Position numbers and translations under genes: made by a program
The notes under the pieces: model-generated
Databases searched by the model: none
What the model was told of the DNA's origin: nothing
The model's input: only the letters and a program-made list of their open reading frames with translations
Part shown: in pieces, positions 16,315-25,807 of the stretch
Numbering within the stretch: the stretch's first letter is position 1
Layout: each line of letters begins with the position of its first letter
From: Candidatus Methylomirabilales bacterium
GTDB lineage: Bacteria; Methylomirabilota; Methylomirabilia; Methylomirabilales; CSP1-5
Direction: 5' to 3'
NCBI GenBank assembly: GCA_046758505.1
Contig: JBHIAH010000022.1
Coordinates: 1-36,055, forward strand
Length of the DNA stretch: 36,055 bases

Positions 16315-17388
16315 TCAGGCCGTTTCGACGGCGTGGGCGAGCAGATCGCCCATCCGCGCCGTGCCGACGACCTGCGTGCCCGGTTGCGCGCAGTCCGGAG
16401 TGCGATACCCCTGGGCCAGGACCTCCTCAACGGCCGCCTCGATGGCGGTCGCTCCCTCCGTGTGCTTGAGGGCGTAGCGGAGGAGGAGGGCGGCAGAGAG
16501 GATCGTGCCGATCGGGTTGGCCTGGCCCTTTCCGGCGAGGTCGGGGGCGGTCCCGTGGATCGGCTCGAAGAGACCGCCGCCGGCCCCGAGGCTGGCAGAC
16601 GGGATCAGTCCGATCGAGCCGGCGATGACCGCCGCCTCGTCCGACAGAATGTCGCCGAACATATTTTCGGTGACGATGACATCGAACTGGCGCGGGTTGC
16701 GGACGAGCTGCATCGCGCAGTTATCCACATACATGTGTTCCAGGGTGATTCCCGGAAATTCCTGCGCGATCTCGGTCAGGACGCGCCGCCAAAGCTGGGA
16801 GCTCATCAGCACGTTGGCCTTGTCGACCGACGTGACCTTTTTCCGGCGTTCCTCGGCGGCCTGAAAGGCGAGGCGCGCGATCCGGGCGATCTCGGAGGTC
16901 GTGTAACTCAGCGTGTCCACCCCCCACTCCTCGTCTCCCCGCCGCGTGATTCCCCGGGGGGTCCCGTAATAGAGGCCGCCGGTCAATTCCCGGAAGATCA
17001 TGAGATCGGTCCCTGCGATCACGTCCCGTTTGAGGGGGGAGGCCTCGAGCAGGGGGGCGAAAACACGGACGGGCCGCAGGTTGGCATACAGCTCGAGCCC
17101 CTGGCGGAGCCGGAGGAGGCCTTGCTCGGGGCGCTTGTCTCGGGGGAGCGTGTCCCATTTGGCGCCTCCGACCGCTCCGAGCAGGATGGCGTTCGCCTCT
17201 TTGGAGTGGCGCAGGGTCTCCTCCGGCAGGGGATCCCCGGTGGCATCGATCGCCGCCCCGCCGAGCAACGCCTCCCGAAACTCGAGGGTGAGGCCAAACC
17301 GGCGGCCGACGGCCCGCAGAACCTTGAGCCCCTCTTCCACGACTTCGGGGCCGATGCCATCCCCCCGAAGGACGATAATGGTGGCCAT
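16315..17388 (-). CDS. leuB: 3-isopropylmalate dehydrogenase
   Basis: GDGIGPEV, LLGAVGG.KW, RELTGGLYYG, VDKANVL, NMFGDILSDEA and EPIHGTAPD.AGK. Confidence 0.97.
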   Translation of the reverse strand: MATIIVLRGDGIGPEVVEEGLKVLRAVGRRFGLTLEFREALLGGAAIDATGDPLPEETLRHSKEANAILLGAVGGAKWDTLPRDKRPEQGLLRLRQGLELYANLRPVRVFAPLLEASPLKRDVIAGTDLMIFRELTGGLYYGTPRGITRRGDEEWGVDTLSYTTSEIARIARLAFQAAEERRKKVTSVDKANVLMSSQLWRRVLTEIAQEFPGITLEHMYVDNCAMQLVRNPRQFDVIVTENMFGDILSDEAAVIAGSIGLIPSASLGAGGGLFEPIHGTAPDLAGKGQANPIGTILSAALLLRYALKHTEGATAIEAAVEEVLAQGYRTPDCAQPGTQVVGTARMGDLLAHAVETA

Positions 17389-17554
17389 CCCTCTCCTCTC
17401 TGCGGGTTTTCCTGTGGGTCGAGCGGCGCCATCGGTCACGGGGCTCGCCGAAGGTCCGTGCGCTGCGCGCGAGATGTCAGGCCCGGCCTCTCCCCCGCGC
17501 ACCGCAGCTACCATACTTGGGGCGGGGAGTCAAGGGCCCCTCCCCTTTCCCCGC

Positions 17555-17583
17555 TTGCCCCGCCTCTTCGCATCTGGTATCTT
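17555..17583 (+). promoter_or_regulatory. Putative sigma-70 promoter for engB
   Basis: TTGCCC-N17-TATCTT with extended -10 TG. Confidence 0.5.
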
Positions 17584-17605
17584 GAAGGAAACCAGTGCCG
17601 AGGGG

Positions 17606-18211
17606 ATGAAGGTTACCTCTGCGGAATTTACAGGCAGCGCGACAGGTCCACGCGGCTTCCCCCGGGACCGGGGATTGGAGATCGCCTTTGCCGGCCGCTC
17701 GAATGTGGGGAAGTCCTCGCTCATGAACCGGCTCCTCGGCCGGCGGAGGCTGGCCCGGGTCTCTCGGACTCCCGGACGGACACAGACGATCAATTTTTAC
17801 CGGGTAAACGACGCGTTTTATTTCGTGGACCTCCCCGGGTACGGGTATGCTAGGGTCTCGGAGCGGGTCCGGCGGTCGTGGGCTCCGATGGTCGAGGGGT
17901 ACCTCCGAGGCCGAGAGGTTCTCCGGGCGGTGGTCGTCATCGTGGACGCCCGCCATCCCCCGACCCCCCTCGATCAAGAGATGGGGGCGTGGCTTCGGGC
18001 GGCACGGATCCCGCATCTGGTGGTGTTGACGAAGGTCGACAAGGTCAACCGGGGGGCCCGGCGACGGCATCGCGAGATCACGGCCGCGGCCATGGGGATT
18101 CGAGATCCGGAGGAGGTCCTGCTCTTTTCGGCGGTGACCGGCGAGGGAGAGGAGCATCTCTGGAGACGACTGGCACACTACCTGCAACGGGCGGGGCGTG
18201 GCGCCCATTGA
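17606..18211 (+). CDS. engB: Ribosome biogenesis GTP-binding protein YihA/YsxC
   Basis: GRSNVGKSS, S.TPG.TQ.INF, DLPGYGYA and TKVDK. Confidence 0.95.
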   Translation: MKVTSAEFTGSATGPRGFPRDRGLEIAFAGRSNVGKSSLMNRLLGRRRLARVSRTPGRTQTINFYRVNDAFYFVDLPGYGYARVSERVRRSWAPMVEGYLRGREVLRAVVVIVDARHPPTPLDQEMGAWLRAARIPHLVVLTKVDKVNRGARRRHREITAAAMGIRDPEEVLLFSAVTGEGEEHLWRRLAHYLQRAGRGAH

Positions 18212-18238
18212 GCGGAATCAGAAGCTGGGGACGAATCG

Positions 18239-20008
18239 ATGAACGGGAAGGCACGGCTTACCGTCACTCTGGCGGTGGTCTTTTTCCTGGGGCAGGGGTG
18301 TTCTCTCCTGACCGCCTCCTCCTCGGCGGCCTCTTCCACCGCTGAGCGGGCGATGGCGGGGGTCCGCGAAACGCACGCAGTGGCCCCGCGGAGCCCGATC
18401 GAGGATGGGGCGGCCTACTACGAGTTCCTCTTGGGGGGCCTGGCGGAGAATCGGGGAGACTTACGGGCTGCCCTCCGGCATTACAAAGCGGCGTTGGCCC
18501 TGGATCCGGACTCCCTGGCCATTCGGCTGGCCCTCGCGGGCCTCTACATGCAGCATGGGGTGTTCCGGCAGGCGATCGACGTGGCCGAAGAGATCCTCTC
18601 CGTCGACCCGGAGAATGTCGAGGCGCACCTGCTGTTGGCCACCGCCTACGAGAATATCCGCAACGGCCGCATGGCCGAGCGATACTATCGAGAGACATTG
18701 CGCCTCCAGCCCAATCGGGCGGATGTCTATCTGCGGCTGGGAAACCTCTACACGAGGGCGAGGAAGTATGCGGAGGCCGTTGAGGCGTATCGGAAGGCGA
18801 TGGCCCGCGACCCGGACCTGTACCAGGCGAGGTACAACCTCGCCCGGGTCCTCCTGGAGACCGACCAGGCGGAGGAGGCGATTGCCCACCTGCAACAGGT
18901 TCTGGAGCTTCGGCCGGGCTTTGACCAGGCGAGCCTCCTCCTCGGCCTGACGTATGAGCAGCAGGGGGAATGGGAACGGGCAAGGGAGGTGTACCGGAAA
19001 AGCCTGCAGGAGGATCCCACGAACCGCAGCTTCCGCGAGCGACTGGCGGGAACGTATCTCCGGAGTGGGGATCCGGCCGGAGCCCTGGCGGAGCTTCAAC
19101 GGATTGCCGATGATCACCCCGAGGATCTTGCCCTCCGCAATCGCATCGGCCTGCTGTTGATCGAGCTGCGGAGGTATGCGGAGGCGCAGCAGCTGCTCGA
19201 GGAGGTCCTCGCCCAGGACCAGGATAACCGGGAAGCGCAGTTCTACCTGGCGATCAGTCTCGAGGGACAAGAGCAGTACGAGGAGGCCTTCGCCGCGCTC
19301 ACGAAGATTCCATCCGGGGGAGAGCGGTATAGCGATGTCCTGATCCACAAGGGGTTTGTCTTGGGACACCTCGATCGGTTAGACGAGGCCCTTGCCGCCT
19401 TCGAGGGGGCTGCCCGGCTCAAGCCGGAAGATGGCAATGCGCGGTATCTGGTCGGCGTCACCCAGCTTCGGCGGAAGGAGTACGGCCAGGCGGCCAAGAC
19501 GTTAGAAGAGGCGGTGCATCTCAACCCGAACAACGCCAATTATCATTACCAGCTCGGGGCAGCCTACGAGCGGAACCGCGAGCTGGAGAAGGCGGAGCAT
19601 GCCTTCCGTCAGACACTGAAAATGAACCCCAAGCATGCCGATGCCTACAACTATCTCGGATATATGTTCGCCGACGAAGGGATCCACCTGGCAGAGTCGG
19701 TGGTCCTGATCAAGAAGGCCCTGGAACTCGATCCGAACAACGGGGCCTTTGTCGATAGCCTGGGGTGGGCGTACTACAAGCTGGGGCGGTTGGACGAGGC
19801 CCTTCGCGAGCTCAAGCGGGCGGTCACGCTGCTGAAGAAAGAGGATCCGACCATCCTGGAACACCTCGGGGATGTCCTGTTTCAGAAGGGGATGATTTCG
19901 CGGGCGGTCGAGCAGTGGGAGCGCTCCCTTGCGCTCGACGCCACCAATGGCAAGCTGAAGGAAAAGCTTCAGCGGGCCCGGAGCCTTCTGCTTCACGGCA
20001 AGCCATGA
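18239..20008 (+). CDS. Exported tetratricopeptide repeat protein
   Basis: Signal or lipoprotein-like N-terminus, many TPRs, and C-terminal NYLGY..A, DSLGWAYYK and EHLGD typical of the TPR gene upstream of lolB-ispE. Confidence 0.9.
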   Translation: MNGKARLTVTLAVVFFLGQGCSLLTASSSAASSTAERAMAGVRETHAVAPRSPIEDGAAYYEFLLGGLAENRGDLRAALRHYKAALALDPDSLAIRLALAGLYMQHGVFRQAIDVAEEILSVDPENVEAHLLLATAYENIRNGRMAERYYRETLRLQPNRADVYLRLGNLYTRARKYAEAVEAYRKAMARDPDLYQARYNLARVLLETDQAEEAIAHLQQVLELRPGFDQASLLLGLTYEQQGEWERAREVYRKSLQEDPTNRSFRERLAGTYLRSGDPAGALAELQRIADDHPEDLALRNRIGLLLIELRRYAEAQQLLEEVLAQDQDNREAQFYLAISLEGQEQYEEAFAALTKIPSGGERYSDVLIHKGFVLGHLDRLDEALAAFEGAARLKPEDGNARYLVGVTQLRRKEYGQAAKTLEEAVHLNPNNANYHYQLGAAYERNRELEKAEHAFRQTLKMNPKHADAYNYLGYMFADEGIHLAESVVLIKKALELDPNNGAFVDSLGWAYYKLGRLDEALRELKRAVTLLKKEDPTILEHLGDVLFQKGMISRAVEQWERSLALDATNGKLKEKLQRARSLLLHGKP

Positions 20009-20790
20009 TCCCTTCGGGGGGGCGGGTGTTCGGGTGGGCCCTGGTCGGGGCGGGTATCCTGGCCGGGTGCGCCGGTGTCCCGCCCCCGCGCGAGGCCGGT
20101 CAGCCGGTATCCCGGTACGAGCAGGAACAGCTTATTGCCCGGCTTCAGCGCCGCGAGGGGACGGTCCGATCCCTGCGGGGGACCGCCACGGTGGGGGTCA
20201 CCGTGAACGGGGAGACGCGGCGGTTGCGGGAGGCGATGGCCCTCCGCAGCGACGGCCGCTTCCGCCTGGAGACCTTGGGTGCATTTGGGATGCCGGTCCT
20301 GATCATCGCCTCCGATGGGAAGGAGGTTGCGGTTCACGGCAACCCGGAAGTGGCGGGTGGTTCACCGGGGGGGTGTGGGGTACTCAGATATCTCCTCGGC
20401 GTGAACCTTTCCCCTCCTGCGTTTGTGCGCCTCCTCCTCGGCTTCCCCCCTCGCCCGATCGGGCCGTCCGCGTTCGTCTCCTACCTCCAAACGCGTCAGG
20501 CATATTTGCTCGAGGAGGAGTACGGTGACGTGGTGCAACGGCTCTACCTCGGCTCCTCCGGAGCCGTCCTGGGTGGGGCAATCTGGGAGGGGCGCCGGGG
20601 GCTTCGGTTTGTGTTCGACGGAGTCCGGCGGGTGGAGGGGATTGCTGTTCCCGCGGGCATTACCCTCACGCAGGTGCACAGGCCTGTGCGCGTCACGGTG
20701 AGCTACCGGGCGGTCGACATCAACCCCGTCCTTGCCGATCGTCTCTTTGTCTTCCCCGCGTCCACCCCGGCACTCGCCGGGGGCTGCTGA
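20005..20790 (+). CDS. LolB/LolA-like outer-membrane lipoprotein
   Basis: Lipobox LAGC, RFRLE...FG.P and a C-terminal N..L....F.F motif. Sits between the TPR gene and ispE. Confidence 0.65.
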   Translation: MIPSGGRVFGWALVGAGILAGCAGVPPPREAGQPVSRYEQEQLIARLQRREGTVRSLRGTATVGVTVNGETRRLREAMALRSDGRFRLETLGAFGMPVLIIASDGKEVAVHGNPEVAGGSPGGCGVLRYLLGVNLSPPAFVRLLLGFPPRPIGPSAFVSYLQTRQAYLLEEEYGDVVQRLYLGSSGAVLGGAIWEGRRGLRFVFDGVRRVEGIAVPAGITLTQVHRPVRVTVSYRAVDINPVLADRLFVFPASTPALAGGC

Positions 20791-20797
20791 TCTGGTC

Positions 20798-21697
20798 ATG
20801 GCCCTCACGCTGTGGGCACCGGCCAAGGTCAATCTCTTTTTGGAGGTTCTGCGGAAGCGGGCCGACGGGTATCACGAGGTCCGGACCGTGCTGCAGCACG
20901 TGGACCTCTGCGATGAGATCCGCATCTGCAAGGCAGGGGGGGGGATTGCCGTGGAGTCGCACGGTCTCCCCTGCCCGGGGGGCGAGGAGAATCTGGCCTA
21001 TCGGGCTGCGGCCCTTTTCCTGAAGTCCACCGGTCTCCGCGCCGGCGTCCGGATCCAGATTGTCAAGCGCATCCCGCTCGGGGCGGGGCTTGGCGGGGGG
21101 AGCAGCAACGCGGCCACCACCCTCTGGGGGCTCAATCGCCTCTTCGGGACCGGCCTGACCGTGGAAGGACTTCACCGGCTGGGCGCTGCATTGGGATCGG
21201 ACGTCCCGCTTTTTTTCGGTGGGCCGACCGCGTGGGCGTCTGGCCGGGGGGAGGACCTGCATCCCCTCCCCCCCTTTCCTCGCTCGTGGCTCCTAATCGC
21301 CTTCCCCGATATTCCGGTCCCGACCGCCTGGGCGTACGCCAATTTGGAATTGACAGGCTCGGACAAAAGCATTAGGGTAAGGGCGGCCGTCGAGCACGGG
21401 GACTACGAACTGGTTCTCGCTGCGCCCTGGAATCGTTTCGAAGACGTCGTCTTCCGCCGCTACCCTGCTGTCAAGCAGTTGAAGGTGTCCCTCGAGGCCT
21501 GGGGTGCCCGGCCGGCCCTGATGACCGGCAGTGGCTCGGCAGTTTTTGGTCGGGCAGAAGCACGAGAGGAAGCGGAGGGATGGGCGGCCCGTCTCAGGGA
21601 GAGGGGAACCACGGTCTTTGTCGTCCAAACATTGTCTCGTCCCCCGTTGGGTCCCGGGGGGATTGGAGAAGTGGGGCCGGAACGATCCTCCCGGTGA
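20798..21697 (+). CDS. ispE: 4-diphosphocytidyl-2-C-methyl-D-erythritol kinase
   Basis: APAKVNLFL, DGYHE, KRIP.GAGLGGGSSNAA, GSDVP and MTGSGS. Confidence 0.96.
   Translation: MALTLWAPAKVNLFLEVLRKRADGYHEVRTVLQHVDLCDEIRICKAGGGIAVESHGLPCPGGEENLAYRAAALFLKSTGLRAGVRIQIVKRIPLGAGLGGGSSNAATTLWGLNRLFGTGLTVEGLHRLGAALGSDVPLFFGGPTAWASGRGEDLHPLPPFPRSWLLIAFPDIPVPTAWAYANLELTGSDKSIRVRAAVEHGDYELVLAAPWNRFEDVVFRRYPAVKQLKVSLEAWGARPALMTGSGSAVFGRAEAREEAEGWAARLRERGTTVFVVQTLSRPPLGPGGIGEVGPERSSR
21350..21378 (+). promoter_or_regulatory. Putative internal sigma-70 promoter within ispE
   Basis: TTGACA-N17-TAGGGT. Confidence 0.45.
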
Positions 21698-21708
21698 CGC
21701 GGGGGGGA

Positions 21709-21754
21709 GGGGATGAGCTTCTGGCAACGAGGAAAGCTCATCCCCCAATTTTTT
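21709..21754 (+). terminator. Terminator-like hairpin after ispE
   Basis: 12-bp stem GGGGATGAGCTT / AAGCTCATCCCC followed by CAATTTTTT. Confidence 0.5.
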
Positions 21755-21783
21755 GGTCAGGGCGCCCGTGGGAGGGGCGAGGG

Positions 21784-21857
21784 TGCGGGGTCGGCTAATG
21801 GTAGGCCGCCAGACTTTGGATCTGGCTGTCCAGGTTCGAACCCTGGCCCCGCAGCCA
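21784..21857 (+). tRNA. tRNA-Gln (TTG)
   Basis: Acceptor TGCGGGG/CCCCGCA, anticodon arm CCAGA-CTTTGGA-TCTGG, GTTCGAA T-loop and encoded CCA. Confidence 0.97.
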
Positions 21858-21877
21858 TCACGCAGGGGGAGGGTACA

Positions 21878-22813
21878 GTGACCCGGTTGATTCTCTTTTC
21901 TGGCAATGCCAATCGGAAATTGGCCCAGGAGATCGCCGAGTATCTGGGAATACCCCTCGGTCTCGCCGAGGTCTCTCAGTTTTCTGATGGAGAGGTCTTT
22001 GTCCAGGTCAATGAGAATGTGCGGGGGGCCGATGTCTTTGTGATCCAGCCCACCTCTCCCCCCGTGGATCACCACCTGGTGGAGCTGCTCATCATGATCG
22101 ATGCGTTACGCCGCGCCTCTGCGCAACGCATCACCGCCGTGATTCCGTACTACGGCTACAGCAGGCAGGATCGCAAGGTGCAACCCCGGGTCCCCATATC
22201 ATCGAAGCTCGTGGCAGACCTCATCGCCGTCTCGGGGGCCAGTCGGGTCCTCACCATGGATCTGCACGCCGGGCAAATCCAGGGTTTTTTCAATCTCCCG
22301 GTGGATCATCTCTTTGCGGCCCCCGTGCTGCTCCGATACTTCCAGGAGCGCGGGTGGACGGGCGGAGTCGTGGTCGCCCCCGATGCGGGTGGGGTGGAGC
22401 GGGCGCGGGCCTTTGCAAAACGCCTCGGGACGCCGTTGGCCTTTATCGACAAACGACGGGAGGGCCCCAATGACGCCAAGGTGATGCACATTGTCGGCGA
22501 CGTGGACGGTCGGGATGTGATCATCGTGGATGACATGATCGATACGGCGGGGACCATCACGCAGGCGGTGGTCGCCCTTCGGGACAAGGGGGCCCGCCGG
22601 ATCTATGCCAGCTGCACCCATCCGGTCCTCTCGGGGCCGGCCATGGAGCGCATCGAAGGCTCGGCGCTCGAGGAGGTGGTGGTGACGAATACGATCCCCC
22701 TGGATGAGCGCCGGTCCTCCAAGAAGCTGATCGTCCTTTCGGTGGCCCCCCTGTTGGGGGAGGCCATCGACCGCATCCATCGGGAGACGTCGGTCAGCTC
22801 GCTCTTCATCTAG
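21878..22813 (+). CDS. prs: Ribose-phosphate pyrophosphokinase
   Basis: FSDGE, PYYGY.RQDRK, DLHA.QIQGFF and [12 protein letters not shown] start after GGGGAGG. Confidence 0.97.
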   Translation: MTRLILFSGNANRKLAQEIAEYLGIPLGLAEVSQFSDGEVFVQVNENVRGADVFVIQPTSPPVDHHLVELLIMIDALRRASAQRITAVIPYYGYSRQDRKVQPRVPISSKLVADLIAVSGASRVLTMDLHAGQIQGFFNLPVDHLFAAPVLLRYFQERGWTGGVVVAPDAGGVERARAFAKRLGTPLAFIDKRREGPNDAKVMHIVGDVDGRDVIIVDDMIDTAGTITQAVVALRDKGARRIYASCTHPVLSGPAMERIEGSALEEVVVTNTIPLDERRSSKKLIVLSVAPLLGEAIDRIHRETSVSSLFI

Positions 22814-22929
22814 TTCAGAGTTCAGGGTTCATGGACGGAATGGATTTACGATCAACCCTGAACCATCTTGCGTGAGTCGTGGTACCATGAACCACAAACT
22901 ATGGGCCATGAACGATCCACTATGAACCA
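22814..22929. repeat. Inverted heptamer-repeat array in the prs-rplY spacer
   Basis: TTCAGAG TTCAGGG TTCATGG (22814-22834) versus CCCTGAA (22856) and CCATGAA CCACAAA CTATGGG CCATGAA CGATCCA CTATGAA (22885-22926). Confidence 0.75.
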
Positions 22930-22943
22930 GGAAGGGGCTGTGA

Positions 22944-23645
22944 ATGGAGTTCGTCGATCTTAAGGTGGAACGCCGTGCCGGTACGGGCAAGGGCGTCGCG
23001 CGGAAACTTCGCCAGCGGGGTCAGATCCCAGCCATTCTGTATGGGGAGGGGGAGCCGATTCCCGTCACGGCGGACCCGAAGAGTCTCCTCCGGGCTCTGG
23101 GGACGGAGGCGGGCGAGAACGTCATCCTCAACCTCACGATTGTCGATGGGGAAGAGATCATCCGGAAGGCGATGGTAAAAGAGGTCCAGGCCGATCCCGT
23201 GGCTGGGACCCTGCTTCACGCGGACCTCCTGGCGATCTCCATGGAGCGGCCGATAGAGGTCGAGGTGCCCGTGGAACTCGTGGGAGCGGCGAAGGGGGTC
23301 AAGGAGGAAGGGGGCATCGTCGAGCAGGTCTTCCGAGCACTCGAGGTGCGGTGTCTGCCGGGGGCCATCCCGGACAGGGTTGCCCTTGAGGTCTCCGCGC
23401 TCAGCATCGGGGACGTGCTGTACGTCAAAGACCTTCCGATTCCCGAGGGGGTGGAGTTGCTGACGGACCGGGAACAGGTGGTGGTGACCGTGGCCGCGCC
23501 GGCGGTCGAGGAGGTGGCCGCACCGGCCGCCCCCGAGGAGGTTCCGGCAGAGGAGGGCGCGGTCCCGGAGGCTGTCGCCGAGCCGGAAGCTGCATCGGAG
23601 GCCGCCGCCAAGGGAGGCGGCAAGGGGCGAGCCGAGAAGGAGTGA
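22944..23645 (+). CDS. rplY: 50S ribosomal protein L25 / Ctc (long form)
   Basis: GKG.ARKLR..G.IPA.LYG, Q.DP....LHAD, a Ctc second domain and an acidic tail. Confidence 0.95.
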   Translation: MEFVDLKVERRAGTGKGVARKLRQRGQIPAILYGEGEPIPVTADPKSLLRALGTEAGENVILNLTIVDGEEIIRKAMVKEVQADPVAGTLLHADLLAISMERPIEVEVPVELVGAAKGVKEEGGIVEQVFRALEVRCLPGAIPDRVALEVSALSIGDVLYVKDLPIPEGVELLTDREQVVVTVAAPAVEEVAAPAAPEEVPAEEGAVPEAVAEPEAASEAAAKGGGKGRAEKE

Positions 23646-23654
23646 GGGCAGGCA

Positions 23655-24287
23655 TTGTGGCTCATCGTTGGCCTGGGGAATCCTGGATCCGAATACGCGC
23701 AAAGCCGCCACAACGTGGGCTTCGTGGTTCTGGACGAGCTGGCGCGTCGGCAGCACCGGCGGATACGCCGTCGTCGGTGGGAGAGTCTGTACGCTGAGGG
23801 GAGGGTGGGGCGTGAACCGATTGCGCTCGTCAAGCCTCTCAGCCTTATGAACCAGAGTGGCTGGCCGGTCAAGGCGTGGCTCGAGAAGTGGTCGGTCCCT
23901 TCGGAGCGCCTCGTGGTGGTTCATGACGATCTCGATCTCGCCTTTGGACGGATCAAGGTGTTGGCCCGGGGGGGGCACGGGGGGCACCGGGGGGTGCATG
24001 ACATCCAAGAGGCCATTGAGACCGTGGCCTTCCCCCGGGTGCGGGTCGGTATCGGCCGGCCGGATCACGGGGACGAGGTTCGCTTCGTCCTGAGCCCGTT
24101 CGACGAGGTCGAGCTCCGCGGTCTGCCGGAGCTCGTGGGGCGTGCGGCTGACGCGGTGGAGGAAATCGTGGAGGGGGGTGTCGGATCGGCCATGAATCGG
24201 TTCAACGTCCGGAGGCGCTTCGGCGGGCGCCGAGAGCCCGCCGAACCCTCACCGGAGGAGGTGCGAGGGTGTCAGAGTACGAGGTGA
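23655..24287 (+). CDS. pth: Peptidyl-tRNA hydrolase
   Basis: LIVGLGNPG..Y..RHNVGF, MN.SG, HDDLD and RVRVGIGRP. TTG start. Confidence 0.95.
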   Translation: MWLIVGLGNPGSEYAQSRHNVGFVVLDELARRQHRRIRRRRWESLYAEGRVGREPIALVKPLSLMNQSGWPVKAWLEKWSVPSERLVVVHDDLDLAFGRIKVLARGGHGGHRGVHDIQEAIETVAFPRVRVGIGRPDHGDEVRFVLSPFDEVELRGLPELVGRAADAVEEIVEGGVGSAMNRFNVRRRFGGRREPAEPSPEEVRGCQSTR

Positions 24288-24625
24288 TTGTTATTCTCGA
24301 GGCGGGATTGGCCGACGAGGCGCTCGAGGCACAGGTGGAGTTGTTGAAGGGATTCCTCGCCCGAGAGGGGGCTGAGGTTCTGGAGGTCCAGAAGTGGGGG
24401 AAGCGCCGCCTGGCGTACGAAATCAAGAAGAAGCGGGAGGGCTTCTACGTTCTCTTCCGGGTCAAGGGCAAGCCCACCCTCGCCCAAGCCCTGGACCGGC
24501 ACCTCAAATTCGCGGAGGTCGTCCTCCGCTATCTGGCGGTACGGGTCGAGCCGGTGCCGCGCTCGCAGAGCGAGAAGGCAACCACGGGAGCCGCAGCCAC
24601 CAAGGCGGGAGGGGAGGAAGCGTAG
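24269..24625 (+). CDS. rpsF: 30S ribosomal protein S6
   Basis: YE..IL, WGKRRLAYEIKK and V.RYL. GGAGGAGG RBS. Confidence 0.95.
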   Translation: MSEYEVIVILEAGLADEALEAQVELLKGFLAREGAEVLEVQKWGKRRLAYEIKKKREGFYVLFRVKGKPTLAQALDRHLKFAEVVLRYLAVRVEPVPRSQSEKATTGAAATKAGGEEA

Positions 24626-24628
24626 GTC

Positions 24629-25015
24629 ATGGCGAACTTCAACAGGGTGATCCTCGTGGGAAATCTGACCCGGGATCCGGAGCTGCGATATACGCCGAGC
24701 GGTGCCCCCGTCTGCAGTTTTGATCTCGCCGTCAATCGCAGTTATACCACGCAGGCGGGGGAACGTCGGGATGAGGTCTGCTACATCACCATCGTCGCCT
24801 GGGGAAAGCAGGCGGAAACCTGCGCCGAGTACTTGAGCAAGGGGAGAACGACCCTGGTCGAGGGCCGGCTTGCCCAACGCTCCTGGGAGACCCCCGAAGG
24901 GCAGAAGCGATCGAAGCACGAGGTGGTGGCGGACCGGGTCCAGTTCCTCGGGGGACGCAAGGGGGCTGAGGAAGCGGCGGTCCCGGCCCCGGCAGAGGAG
25001 GAGGCACCCTTTTAG
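24629..25015 (+). CDS. ssb: Single-stranded DNA-binding protein
   Basis: [18 protein letters not shown] and an acidic ...EEEAPF tail. Confidence 0.97.
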   Translation: MANFNRVILVGNLTRDPELRYTPSGAPVCSFDLAVNRSYTTQAGERRDEVCYITIVAWGKQAETCAEYLSKGRTTLVEGRLAQRSWETPEGQKRSKHEVVADRVQFLGGRKGAEEAAVPAPAEEEAPF

Positions 25016-25065
25016 GTCCGGGACGCGGGTGCAATTCACCACCGGGCCGGATGGGGGAGATATCC

Positions 25066-25308
25066 ATGGCGATGATCAAGCGACGGAAGAGCTATCGTCG
25101 GCACAAGGTCTGCAAGTTCTGCGTCGACAAGGTGGAGGACGTCGATTACAAGGATGTCCGACGTCTCCGGAGCTTTGTGACGGACCGCGGGCGGATCATC
25201 CCCCGGCGGATCTCCGGGACCTGTGCCCCCCACCAGCGGCAGCTCACGGTGGCCATCAAGCGGGCGCGCAACATCGCCCTGCTCCCGTTCGTGGCCGATA
25301 TCAGCTGA
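25066..25308 (+). CDS. rpsR: 30S ribosomal protein S18 (Zn-binding C+ form)
   Basis: CKFC, DYKD, G.I.PRR.SG.C..HQ and AIKRAR..ALLPF. Confidence 0.96.
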   Translation: MAMIKRRKSYRRHKVCKFCVDKVEDVDYKDVRRLRSFVTDRGRIIPRRISGTCAPHQRQLTVAIKRARNIALLPFVADIS

Positions 25309-25318
25309 GGGAAGGCCG

Positions 25319-25783
25319 ATGAAGGTGGTCCTGATGCAGGAGGTCCCCCACCTGGGTCGGGCTGGGGATCAGGTGGACGTGGCCCGAGGCTACGCGCGAA
25401 ACTTCCTGATCCCGCGACGGCTGGCCGTGGAGGCGACCTCGCCAAACGTCCGCGCCCTGGAACAAATCCGGGCCCACGTCAGACAACGGGAGGAGCGGCT
25501 GAAGCAGGAGGCCGAAACCATTGCGGAGCGGCTCCGGGGCGTTACCGTGACCATCGCCCGGCCGGCGGGAGAGCACGATCGTCTTTTTGGATCCGTGACC
25601 GTGAGCGATATCGCCGAGGCGTTGGCTGAGCAGGGGGTCCGACTCGACCGGAAGAAGATTGTGCTCGAGGGGCCGATCAAGGCCCTGGGGATCGTCACCG
25701 TGCCGGTCCGACTCTACCAGGACACGGTTGCGGAGATCCAGGTCCAGGTCGTGAGCGAGTCGCGTGCAGTGACATCTGAGTAA
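25319..25783 (+). CDS. rplI: 50S ribosomal protein L9
   Basis: MKVVL...V..LG..GD.V.V..GYARNFLIP and LFGSVT. Confidence 0.96.
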   Translation: MKVVLMQEVPHLGRAGDQVDVARGYARNFLIPRRLAVEATSPNVRALEQIRAHVRQREERLKQEAETIAERLRGVTVTIARPAGEHDRLFGSVTVSDIAEALAEQGVRLDRKKIVLEGPIKALGIVTVPVRLYQDTVAEIQVQVVSESRAVTSE

Positions 25784-25807
25784 CGTTGTGACCGAAAGGC
25801 CCACGCC

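Noticed and set aside
12088..17853. Long antisense ORFs (e.g. 12088-13680+, 16003-17853+; likewise 1925-3247+, 25301-26683-)
   Set aside because: They are shadow ORFs opposite well-supported genes, as expected with high-GC codon bias, and show no protein motifs.
16162..22929. CRISPR array interpretation of the short repeats
   Set aside because: Units are 7 nt, contiguous and inverted, with no unique spacers and no cas genes.
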